From: Candidatus Woesearchaeota archaeon
GTDB lineage: Archaea > Nanobdellota > Nanobdellia > CAYMVK01 > CAYYFB01
Assembly: GCA_964471255.1 (NCBI GenBank)
Contig: CAYYFB010000003.1
Span: forward strand, 359-64,358
Reading direction: 5' to 3'
Length of the DNA: 64,000 nucleotides
This document shows, one piece after another, positions 8,697-17,090 of this stretch. A program made the position numbers and the translations under genes. Below the pieces are notes generated by a model, which did no database searches, was not told the origin of the DNA, and saw only the letters and a program-made list of their open reading frames with translations. Numbering within the stretch: position 1 is the first letter of the stretch; every line of letters starts with the position of its first letter.

Positions 8697-9479
8697 TCAA
8701 AGATATCTTATCACCTTCTCTCCTAAAACAACGGCGTATAGCTCTAGAAAATCCTCCATTTTTGCAGCTTTTATTTTTTTAAGAAGTAATTCTTCTATTT
8801 GAAATACTCCGACCAAATCCTTCATTAAGACTTCTATTTTGACTGGTTTTTCATCCCCATAGGTTATATTTATCTTATCAATAGCCAATGCGGAGAATTT
8901 ATGAATATCTTCCTTTCCATGGTAGAAAGGGAGCCTAGCTCTTCCTTCTTCCATGTCTAGCCCATCTCCAATTGAAACAACTTTTGCTTCCAACGAACTT
9001 GCTGGAATATTACCCATATGGCAAAAAATGCATTCTAATATGTATCCTCTCATTTTATAGATAGTCTCCTCCTCGTATATTCCGGAAAGCAACTCATCTA
9101 GAAGCAAATTAGCTAGAAACGTGGATGTTATTTCATGATTTATCCTATTAATACTTATTCCTATATCGTGTAACATTGAACCAGCAACTATAATAGAAAG
9201 GACATCTTCAAATCCGAAACCAAACTCTTCCTGAGAAGAAAAAGTTATTTCGCTTTTATTTATTAGGATAGCTATTTTTGAGCTGTTTTTTGCTGTAATT
9301 TTAAGATGAACTGGTCCGTGATCATTATATCCCAACCTATCTACAGCCACCTTATTGGAGGCCTCAGCTAATAGTCTCCATTTTTTGTTTTTAGATATTG
9401 AATAGTACACATCAAGTGCCTTGGGATATTTCTCTAAAAGCTCCTCAACTTCTTTATCAACTTTTTCTTCTGTATTCAT
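8697..9479 (-). CDS. HD-domain metal-dependent phosphohydrolase
   Basis: NDHGPVHLKI and SMLHDIG form the H...HD signature. Confidence 0.75.
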   Translation of the reverse strand: MNTEEKVDKEVEELLEKYPKALDVYYSISKNKKWRLLAEASNKVAVDRLGYNDHGPVHLKITAKNSSKIAILINKSEITFSSQEEFGFGFEDVLSIIVAGSMLHDIGISINRINHEITSTFLANLLLDELLSGIYEEETIYKMRGYILECIFCHMGNIPASSLEAKVVSIGDGLDMEEGRARLPFYHGKEDIHKFSALAIDKINITYGDEKPVKIEVLMKDLVGVFQIEELLLKKIKAAKMEDFLELYAVVLGEKVIRYL

Positions 9480-9492
9480 ATTATTCTTTCCT

Positions 9493-10035
9493 ATGCTAGA
9501 GATTAGGATTCATGGGCTAGGTGGGCAAGGTGCAGTTACCTGTTCTTACTTAATAGCTACTGGTGCCTTTTTAGAGGGTTTTTATGCCCAGGCTTTTCCT
9601 ATGTTTGGGATAGAAAGAAGGGGCGCTCCGGCCAGGGCGTTTGTAAGAATCTCAAAAGAAAAAATAAAACTTAGGGAGCAAATCTACAATCCAGATATAA
9701 TATTAATAATGCATGAAGGATTGATAGAGAAAGATAATGCATTAATTGGAGTGAAAAATAATGGTACGGTCATTGTTAACGCTAAAAAAGAAGAAAAATT
9801 GAAAAAAGATAATATAAATTTTTTCTATTTGGATCTTACAAAAATGGCTTTAGAGCATTTAGGAAGAAATATATTAAGCACTGCTATGTTTGGAGCCTTT
9901 TGTGGAATAACTGGGATAATAAAGTATAAAACAATAAAAGACGTCTTACCCAGGTTTTTTAAGGGAGAGTTACTCCAGAAAAATATTTTAGTAACAGAAA
10001 AAGCATTTGAAGTGGCAAGGAAGATGATATTATGA
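9493..10035 (+). CDS. porG: Pyruvate:ferredoxin oxidoreductase gamma subunit
   Basis: MLEIRIHGLGGQGAVT is the typical gamma-subunit N-terminus. The ORF-track start at 9421 adds a low-complexity extension that overlaps the HD gene, so the ATG at 9493 is preferred. Confidence 0.85.
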   Translation: MLEIRIHGLGGQGAVTCSYLIATGAFLEGFYAQAFPMFGIERRGAPARAFVRISKEKIKLREQIYNPDIILIMHEGLIEKDNALIGVKNNGTVIVNAKKEEKLKKDNINFFYLDLTKMALEHLGRNILSTAMFGAFCGITGIIKYKTIKDVLPRFFKGELLQKNILVTEKAFEVARKMIL

Positions 10036-10274
10036 AAATTGACGTCCCTGTCTGTACTCCTCCAAAGACCAAGGCAAAGAATAAATTTATTTTTGAGAAA
10101 AAACCGGTAATCTCCGGAGAGTGTAGGGGCTGTGGAATTTGTGCCAAATACTGCCCTGAGGGTGCAATTACAATTCAAAAAGGAAAGAAAACAATAGATT
10201 ATGATTTGTGCAAAGGCTGTGGGATCTGTGCTAGAGTTTGTCCTTTCAAAGCTATTGAGATGGTGAGGAGATGA
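10032..10274 (+). CDS. porD: Pyruvate:ferredoxin oxidoreductase delta subunit (2x[4Fe-4S] ferredoxin)
   Basis: Two cluster motifs, CRGCGICAKYCP and CKGCGICARVCP. ATGA start/stop overlaps with both neighbours. Confidence 0.9.
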   Translation: MKIDVPVCTPPKTKAKNKFIFEKKPVISGECRGCGICAKYCPEGAITIQKGKKTIDYDLCKGCGICARVCPFKAIEMVRR

Positions 10275-11377
10275 AAGATATTATTGAGGGCTCATGGGCA
10301 GCTGCTTGGGGGGCTAGGCTAGCTAGAGCTAAGGTCATAGTTGCTTATCCAATAACCCCACAAACCCATATTGTTGAAAAAATAGCTGAGTGGATAGAAA
10401 AAGGAGAAATGAAAGCTAGGATGATAAATATAGAGGGAGAACATAGTGCGCTTTCTGCTGTTTTAGGAGCGGCAACTAGAGTTCGCACTTTTACAGCTAC
10501 TTGCTCCCAAGGCCTTATGTATATGGCAGAGATTCTTTGGATAGTTTCTGGAATGCGGATTCCAACAGTCATGGCCATTGCCAACAGGGCTCTATCAGCT
10601 CCCATTAATATCTGGTGCGATCATTCAGATTCAATGGCGGTGAGGGATTCTGGTTGGCTCCAGTTCTATGCAAAAGACCCTCAGGAAATTTTGGATATGA
10701 TTCTTGTATCTTATAAGGTATCTGAGGAGATTCTTCTCCCTTCTATGGTTTGCTTTGATGGTTTTGTCCTTTCTCATGTTTATGAACCAGTAGAAATACC
10801 GGAGCAAGAAAGGGTAGATAAATTCCTAGGAGAGTACAGGTACCCGTATAAATTGGATCCAGAAAATCCAACAACTCTTGGTCCTGTTGCCACTCCAGCT
10901 CATTATATGGAATTCAAACATGCACAATGGGAGGCTATGGAAAGGGGCCGGGAAATTCTGGAGCAGGCTGTTAAGGAATATGAAAAAAAGGTTAAAGAAT
11001 ATGGAAACATCTTTGTAGAAACGGTAAATAAAGATTCGGATTATTTCCTAGTAGCTATGGGGTCTATTTGTGGCACTATAGAGCATTACTTAGAAAAGGA
11101 AGGACTGGATATAGGATTAGCAAGAATAAAAACGTTCAGACCATTTCCCTTCGATCTAATAAGAAAGATCTTGGAGGGAAAAGAGGTTGCTGTTCTGGAC
11201 CGTGCGGTCAGTTTTGGAAGCAAAGGCCCTCTAGCTTTAGAGATAGAGAGTTGTTTAGAGAAGAAAGTACTAGATTGTATTGTTTCTCTGGGAGGGAAAG
11301 ATTTCACAAAAAAAGATTTAGACAATATTATCCATGCTCTAAAATCCGGTGAGAAAGGAGTTAAATGGATCCTCTAG
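10271..11377 (+). CDS. porA: Pyruvate:ferredoxin oxidoreductase alpha subunit
   Basis: The N-terminal GSWAAAWGARLARAKVIVAYPITPQT and EGEHSALSAVLGAA regions are typical of POR/VOR alpha. It directly follows porG and porD. Confidence 0.9.
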   Translation: MKDIIEGSWAAAWGARLARAKVIVAYPITPQTHIVEKIAEWIEKGEMKARMINIEGEHSALSAVLGAATRVRTFTATCSQGLMYMAEILWIVSGMRIPTVMAIANRALSAPINIWCDHSDSMAVRDSGWLQFYAKDPQEILDMILVSYKVSEEILLPSMVCFDGFVLSHVYEPVEIPEQERVDKFLGEYRYPYKLDPENPTTLGPVATPAHYMEFKHAQWEAMERGREILEQAVKEYEKKVKEYGNIFVETVNKDSDYFLVAMGSICGTIEHYLEKEGLDIGLARIKTFRPFPFDLIRKILEGKEVAVLDRAVSFGSKGPLALEIESCLEKKVLDCIVSLGGKDFTKKDLDNIIHALKSGEKGVKWIL

Positions 11378-12128
11378 CAAGCTCAATAAAAATTCTAGGA
11401 TAAACAAATTCTATTTCTTTTTTATTAAACTTTTGCTTAATATATTCCTCAATACTATCCAAATTTCCGATCTCATCTACCAAATGCATTTTTATAGCTT
11501 CTGGAGCGAGGAAGATATTAGAAGTTTTTATCTCTTTCACCTCCTCTGCAGTTAAATTTCTATTTGCAGCAACTGAAGATAGGAAATTTTCATAAAGCTT
11601 GTTTACTATTTCCTTCAATCTTTCTATTTCTTCTGGAGCGGGCTGCTTAAATGGATTTCCCATTTCTTTTAAACTTCCATTATATATTTCTATATAAGAA
11701 ATGTTAAATCTCTGGAATAACCCATGAAGATTGATGAAAGAAGCTGAGACACCGATATTTCCAACCAATGCTCCCTCTTCCGCAAAGATTCTATCACAAT
11801 AACTTGCAATCCAATAGGCGCCAGATAGAGCTTCTTTGACATAGCAAAGAACTGTTTTATTTTCCTCTTTCAACCCTTTTATAGCATTAATAACATCGAT
11901 AATTCCCGAATAGGTCCCTCCAGGGCTATCGACTTCTAGAACTATTATCTCATATCTCTCATCTTTTCCTTCTTTCAATGCTTCTGCATATATCTTTCCA
12001 CTAAAAGAATCAATTTCCCCGACAATAGGGACAAAAAGAACTTTCTCTTTTCTAACTATCTCCCTAACATAGAGAAGAACAGGCAAAATCATTAAGATTA
12101 TACCTAGAGCTACTAGGAAATCCTTCAT
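11361..12128 (-). CDS. sppA: Signal peptide peptidase SppA (S49, short type)
   Basis: N-terminal TM, LEVDSPGGTYSG, and ALSGAYWIASYCD carrying the catalytic Ser context. Confidence 0.8.
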   Translation of the reverse strand: MKDFLVALGIILMILPVLLYVREIVRKEKVLFVPIVGEIDSFSGKIYAEALKEGKDERYEIIVLEVDSPGGTYSGIIDVINAIKGLKEENKTVLCYVKEALSGAYWIASYCDRIFAEEGALVGNIGVSASFINLHGLFQRFNISYIEIYNGSLKEMGNPFKQPAPEEIERLKEIVNKLYENFLSSVAANRNLTAEEVKEIKTSNIFLAPEAIKMHLVDEIGNLDSIEEYIKQKFNKKEIEFVYPRIFIELARGSI

Positions 12129-12276
12129 ATAATCTATCCTATTCCTTCCAATATTTTCCTTAACTCCAAATAGATTTCATATTCTTCGCGCTCCAGCTAA
12201 AAGGCTAATTGGTAAGCACCTATTTTTTTATCATGCTAACTACCCCTTCAAAAGCTAGGGATCCTAATAAGGTAGT

Positions 12277-12359
12277 GCGGGGGTGCCCGAGAGGCCAAAG
12301 GGGCCGGACTCAGAATCCGGTGGCTTAAGCCGTCGTGGGTTCGAATCCCACCCCCCGCA
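12277..12359 (+). tRNA. tRNA-Leu (anticodon CAG), class II with long variable arm
   Basis: Acceptor GCGGGGG/CCCCCGC, anticodon arm CCGGA-CTCAGAA-TCCGG, variable arm GGC-TTAA-GCC, T arm GTGGG-TTCGAAT-CCCAC, discriminator A. CCA is not encoded. Confidence 0.9.
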
Positions 12360-12818
12360 GGTGTATAAAAAATTTCAAGGAAAATATGGGTGTCCTAGTT
12401 AAACCTTTTGAGAGGTGTAGATATTACTTACCTCTTACTCCTAGATTCTCTTTATTACTTTATTACTGAACTGAATTCATTATAAAGAAGAATTCAAAAC
12501 ACTTCGATTATTCTCTGATGCATCACCTTTAGCTGATAGATACTCTTAAGGTTGGTATTAGTAAAGAAATATCTAAGAAATACTTCAGAGATGTCTTAGT
12601 AGGCTAATAAGGAGAAAAATTAGAAAAATTACTCTTGTGTCGGGACATAGGAGTTCTAAGTTTAAAAAACGTCTCAGAAAAGGCATACTAAAGTCTTCCT
12701 ACTCTCTTGACGACTTTTCATATCTTAAGTAAGCTTGAGAAAAACAAGGTTTCGATCAAAAAGGAAATAGATGGGCTGGAGGTTAGGGCAAGTTCTATCT
12801 TAAAAAATTTTAAACTCT

Positions 12819-12853
12819 GTAACTTGGCAACAAAATTTTTGTTACAAAGTTAC
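12819..12853 (-). terminator. Imperfect 17-bp inverted repeat followed by a T-run, just downstream of the primase gene
   Basis: gtaacttggcaacaaaa / ttttgttacaaagttac (2 mismatches, 1-nt loop) begins 6 nt after the stop at 12859. An oligo-T run follows on the minus strand. Confidence 0.3.
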
Positions 12854-12858
12854 AAAAT

Positions 12859-14220
12859 TTATTCTTTAATTTTACCACCTTTTCTATATTTCTTAATAAT
12901 TTCAAAAAATTTGTCTCTAACTGGCTTGTATACAAGTTCAAAAAAATCTCTCTGTGACTTTAAAACATGTTCTGGGAATTTACTCACATACTCTAGAGCT
13001 GCTTCCCATGCTATTTCGTAAGGAATCACTTTCTCGATTTTTTCAGCTATTTGCCTATCATAATCCTGAGGCAATTGTTCCTGGTCTCCCATCATAAACC
13101 AGCCTCGCTCAGAAACTGGAGCTTGCTCGTCTCCAACATTTTCAAATTTCCCCTTTTCTTCAATTCCAAGTAATTCTCTGACAAATTTTCTTTTGCTCAT
13201 TCCATATCTTGGTTTGTGATACTTGGCCCAAGCATAAAAAATTGCCCTATTTAGACCGAAGGATTTTGCTTTTTCCAGATTTCCTTTGAGTTTATAATAT
13301 CTTGCCGCCTGGAGCAGGGCCATAACTTGAAATCTTCCAATTTTTCCCCTAACTTCCCTCCTAATTTCAGGAATAGATACAGCTTTCTTTCCTATTCCTT
13401 CAAAATATTTTGGTAAATACCTATATCCTTTGCTCAAGGCAATCTCTGCTAGCCTGTCCCCCTCCCCTTCTTCGTACTCCCTCCAGTCTTTCCTATGCCT
13501 ATATTTTAAAGGATTTGCCCAATCAAGAGAAAAGTTCCATAAATCGTCCGGTTTAAAACATACACAGGTAAGATCTAGTTCTCTATGCAAGGAGAGTGGC
13601 GCTGTAAAAACCCTTTGAATATCAATTTTATTTTCTACTTTCAATGGTCTCTCTTCATTTTTAGACAATTTAATAACTTTTAATAACTCATCTTTTTTGC
13701 TCTCCAAAAGGAATTCAACAATAGCATAGGAAATATCAATAGGATTATATTTTTCTCTCAATTCCTTCGAAAAACACTTTTCATGAATGTGTAAATGCAA
13801 ACCTCTTCCAGACCATTTCAGGAAAAGAGATTTTTGTATTCCATACTTTTCAATTTCAGATATAAGAATATCAGCAACTCTTATTATTAGATCTACTTCT
13901 TCCAAATTTCCATCTATATCGATTATTGGACTAGTATAGAGAACATAGCTTGGATCTTTTACTGTGGTTTCATTAAGCTCTTTGTAAATGTTTATACTTG
14001 CATAAATGGTCCTTGGTCTGATGCTTTTGTGAACCAGTAATTGTCTTTTAATATCAGAAGGAAATTTAAATTCTAATGGTTTTCCATGAAAATGTCTAAC
14101 AAATACCCTCCTTATGCCAACTTTCCCTTCCAAAGCTACCCATTTTCCATAACAATAGTCAAAAACCTCCTTTATCACTTCAGGATTTGAATAGTGTTTC
14201 AAGACTTGAGAATAGTCCAT
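12859..14220 (-). CDS. priS: Archaeo-eukaryotic DNA primase catalytic subunit (PriS) with a C-terminal helical extension of about 200 aa
   Basis: AEP motifs are present: I SPIIDIDG, II WSGRGLHLHIHE, III IDIQRVFTAPLSLHRE. The C-terminal region (from about residue 250) is helical and has no Cys cluster. Confidence 0.8.
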   Translation of the reverse strand: MDYSQVLKHYSNPEVIKEVFDYCYGKWVALEGKVGIRRVFVRHFHGKPLEFKFPSDIKRQLLVHKSIRPRTIYASINIYKELNETTVKDPSYVLYTSPIIDIDGNLEEVDLIIRVADILISEIEKYGIQKSLFLKWSGRGLHLHIHEKCFSKELREKYNPIDISYAIVEFLLESKKDELLKVIKLSKNEERPLKVENKIDIQRVFTAPLSLHRELDLTCVCFKPDDLWNFSLDWANPLKYRHRKDWREYEEGEGDRLAEIALSKGYRYLPKYFEGIGKKAVSIPEIRREVRGKIGRFQVMALLQAARYYKLKGNLEKAKSFGLNRAIFYAWAKYHKPRYGMSKRKFVRELLGIEEKGKFENVGDEQAPVSERGWFMMGDQEQLPQDYDRQIAEKIEKVIPYEIAWEAALEYVSKFPEHVLKSQRDFFELVYKPVRDKFFEIIKKYRKGGKIKE

Positions 14221-14227
14221 GAATAAC

Positions 14228-15634
14228 TTACCACAAAGGTGGATTAAGAAGGAAGAAGTAATAAGATGGAGGAAGAGAGGGAAGTTCCATTTTGACTATC
14301 TTTACATATTCGGGCTTTGGAGTTGCCTCTTCCAATACTTTCAAAATCTTACCATAATTCCTGCTCTTATACAATCCTAGATTCCTAATTAAACATTCTA
14401 TATGAGGTTCAGTGCACTTTCCTTCCCTATGGCATCTCAGTAGTCCACCACTCTCCTCTAAAAGTTCAATTACTTTTCTCCTTCTTCTTAGATGGAGATG
14501 TGAAAGAAGTTTCTTAGCAACTTTTATAAACTGCCTTCTTATCTCCCACTGAGCTGCACTACACAATCTTTCTTGTAAGCTTACAATCCATGCTCTTAGG
14601 GTTCCATAGACCTCAGCCTCAGCATACTGACCGAGCAAGGTAAGGTAAACAAACCTTGGATCCCCTTTATTAAGATATTCCACCTGAAGTTTCCACCACT
14701 TTTTTGCAAGTTCTAGATATTCTTTCTTTGCCCACTCTGGAAAAGTAGATGGAATTACAAACTTCCCCTCCATTACAACCTTCTCCCAGGACCATAAGTC
14801 AACATAAAGAAGCCTCTCCCTTACCAATTGAGCAAACATAGAAAGAGATCCTTTAAATTTGAATCTAATTAGACTTCTATCAACTCTATTTCTCTTTTCT
14901 TTTTTCCATATTCTCCCTCTATAAGGAGGCTTATCTACCTCTTTCCCTACAAATTCTTCATTAAGTATTTTCTCTATGCCTTCCTTAATTCTCCTTTGTG
15001 TAGGTAAGTCTTCTCTTAGACAGTGCCAGAGCTTTGCGATGTATCGAGGAGGCATTGAAAAGAGAATAACTGTAGGAGTAAGTTCAGGAAGTACAAATCT
15101 AGCGTCCTGCAATGGAACTCCTGCGTCAACAAGTTTCATATAAAGGGCAATAGATTCTAAACATAATGATTTTATACGTGGATCATTAATCTCCAACTGT
15201 AATAACACTTCATCGATCATTTCCTCGGAAGAATAGCTTCTTAAGTTGACTCTACGTAAGGATCTTTCCAATCCGACTCCAAACACCAAATTTGGAACAT
15301 TTGTGTGTTGCCACATATGGATTGCGTCGAATCTTGTGCAAACTAAATAAAAACCCCTAGATTGGAAATCACCTACAACTCTATGAGCTCTTCCTTTGAA
15401 TATTCTTCTAACGAATTTTTTCAGCTTATTTAAGTCTTTTGCTTTGAGTCGTAAACTTATGAATCCTTCATAAGCTTCCACAGAGCAAGTCAAACCTAGC
15501 TTGTCTATTAGAGTAAACAATGAATCAGGTGAATGAGTAATTGCAGCTCCAAGTGCTCCTAAGGTCATTGATGAGTCTGCCTTAATATAAACTGCAGCTC
15601 CAAGTCCTACTTCAATAATATCATCAAGTCGCAT
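14228..15634 (-). CDS. ThyX-like (flavin-dependent thymidylate synthase fold) protein, apparently two tandem degenerate units
   Basis: The C-terminal unit has SMFAQLVRERLLY (RER where ThyX has RHR) and LQERLCSAAQWEIRRQF (compare the ThyX ...HAQWEI... motif). The N-terminal unit has GRAHRVVGDFQSRGFY and DARFVLPELTPTVILFSMPPRYIAKLWHCLRED. At 468 aa it is about twice the ThyX length. Confidence 0.45.
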   Translation of the reverse strand: MRLDDIIEVGLGAAVYIKADSSMTLGALGAAITHSPDSLFTLIDKLGLTCSVEAYEGFISLRLKAKDLNKLKKFVRRIFKGRAHRVVGDFQSRGFYLVCTRFDAIHMWQHTNVPNLVFGVGLERSLRRVNLRSYSSEEMIDEVLLQLEINDPRIKSLCLESIALYMKLVDAGVPLQDARFVLPELTPTVILFSMPPRYIAKLWHCLREDLPTQRRIKEGIEKILNEEFVGKEVDKPPYRGRIWKKEKRNRVDRSLIRFKFKGSLSMFAQLVRERLLYVDLWSWEKVVMEGKFVIPSTFPEWAKKEYLELAKKWWKLQVEYLNKGDPRFVYLTLLGQYAEAEVYGTLRAWIVSLQERLCSAAQWEIRRQFIKVAKKLLSHLHLRRRRKVIELLEESGGLLRCHREGKCTEPHIECLIRNLGLYKSRNYGKILKVLEEATPKPEYVKIVKMELPSLPPSYYFFLLNPPLW

Positions 15635-15690
15635 ATGATATCCTTCCTTCCTTTATTAACGACTACTCTATATAAGGGGTAAAAAATGAG

Positions 15691-15972
15691 TTATACATTC
15701 TCTATTTTAAATCCCAGTTTTCTCAGGACCTTTATAGCCTTGCTTAAATATTTTTCCTTTAAGAGAATATGATCAGTAGAATAAGATGAAATAACAAGTA
15801 TTGGTATTCCCTCTTTTGCTAGTTCATTTGAAATCCTGGCTATAAATCCAACAAGATTGAATGGAAGCCTCATATCAAATGTTAAAACTCTGAAATCCTT
15901 TTCTATTTCAATTATTTCTTCTTTTCTTATCTTATCTTGCTCTATTATCACTGTTATCTCCTTTTTATCCAC
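15691..15972 (-). CDS. ACT-domain small regulatory protein
   Basis: LVGFIARISNELAKEGIPILVISSYSTDHILLKE matches the ACT beta-alpha-beta-beta-alpha-beta ligand-binding pattern. Confidence 0.55.
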   Translation of the reverse strand: MDKKEITVIIEQDKIRKEEIIEIEKDFRVLTFDMRLPFNLVGFIARISNELAKEGIPILVISSYSTDHILLKEKYLSKAIKVLRKLGFKIENV

Positions 15973-16073
15973 AATATTTGCGAACGCGTTTGGGTCAATC
16001 TTTCTTTGCTTTTACAACTGCGAATTTATCTTTCCACAAAATTACTCTACCGGTCGGCAATCTCTTTTCTAGT

Positions 16074-17057
16074 TTATCTCCAGGTAACTTCAACATCATC
16101 CACCCTCCATTTTTGCAATATGTTTGTCTCTTCTAACCTATCAGGGCCCCTAGATTTGTAAACTAGAATACCTAACCAAGCTATCATCACACCATTATCT
16201 ACGCAATATTCTTTCGGTATTTCAATAAATTTACACCCTCTCTCTTCGCACATGATTTTTCCCATCTCTTTTAGTCTCTCATTTGCCCCAACCCCCCCAG
16301 TGATTATAAATTCTTCCTTGTTTAAATGGGCAATTGCCCTCTCAGAAACTTCAATTAGCATTGCAAATACGGTTTCTTGGATTGAATAACAGAGATCCTC
16401 GATCTTAACCCCTTTTTTTACTAGCTCTTTTACTCTTGTTAATATCCCCCCTAAAACAATATCCATCCCTTTTACATTATAAGGAAGCGGAATATATTTC
16501 TTTCCCTTTTTAGCAAGCTGTTCTATAATTGGGCCTCCAGGAAAGCCCAATCCTAATTCCCTAGCAACACAATCCAAAAAATTTCCTACGCCTATGTCCT
16601 CTGTTTCTCCAAAAATTCTAAATTTTCCCTCATTATAAGCAATAACTTGAGTATTTCCTCCAGAGACATAAAGCATAACCGGGTCCCTTGCTCCAAACAA
16701 CTGGGAAATCTCTAAATGTGCTATACAATGATTAACTCCAACTATAGGTATATTATATTCCAAAGAAAGAGTTCTCGCAGCCACTGCACCAACTCTTAAT
16801 TGAGGGGGCATTCCAGGGCCTCTAGAAAAAGCTATAACATCTATGTCATCAATATCTAAATTAGATCTGTCTAAAGCTGTCTCCAAAACAATAGGAGCAT
16901 TTTTTGCAAGCAACTCCGCAGCTTCAGAAGGTATTATACCTTCTCTTGGCTTGTAAACATACCTTTCGTCAGCTAGAATCTCTCCTTTATCGTTTACAAT
17001 TCCGACACCAAAAGTATGAGCTGTTGATTCTATCCCTAAACATATCATACATCCCAC
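16074..17057 (-). CDS. kae1: tRNA N6-adenosine threonylcarbamoyltransferase Kae1 (stand-alone, no Bud32 fusion)
   Basis: LGIESTAHTFGVGIV, GVNHCIAHLE (metal-binding His pair) and a GGVGANERL-type C-terminal region. Confidence 0.9.
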   Translation of the reverse strand: MGCMICLGIESTAHTFGVGIVNDKGEILADERYVYKPREGIIPSEAAELLAKNAPIVLETALDRSNLDIDDIDVIAFSRGPGMPPQLRVGAVAARTLSLEYNIPIVGVNHCIAHLEISQLFGARDPVMLYVSGGNTQVIAYNEGKFRIFGETEDIGVGNFLDCVARELGLGFPGGPIIEQLAKKGKKYIPLPYNVKGMDIVLGGILTRVKELVKKGVKIEDLCYSIQETVFAMLIEVSERAIAHLNKEEFIITGGVGANERLKEMGKIMCEERGCKFIEIPKEYCVDNGVMIAWLGILVYKSRGPDRLEETNILQKWRVDDVEVTWR

Positions 17058-17090
17058 GATAGCTTAACAATAAAAAGAAGAAATATCCAT

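Noticed and set aside
9421-9492. Upstream extension of porG (MGYFSKSSSTSLST...)
   Set aside because: It is low-complexity and overlaps the HD gene start on the other strand. The conserved porG N-terminus begins at the ATG at 9493.
11068-11352. ORFs 11068-11352 (+) and 11086-11325 (-) inside porA
   Set aside because: They are alternative-frame and antisense ORFs within a strongly supported porA.
12516-12540. Possible C/D-box-like CTGATGC ... CTGA in the non-coding gap
   Set aside because: The C box is imperfect (TGATGC). There is no C'/D pair and the spacing is 11 nt, so it does not meet the four-box geometry seen at 34524-34578.
12707-13021. 104-aa plus-strand ORF in the gap after tRNA-Leu
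   Set aside because: Half of it runs antisense through the 3' end of priS. It has no motif and no plausible promoter or start context.
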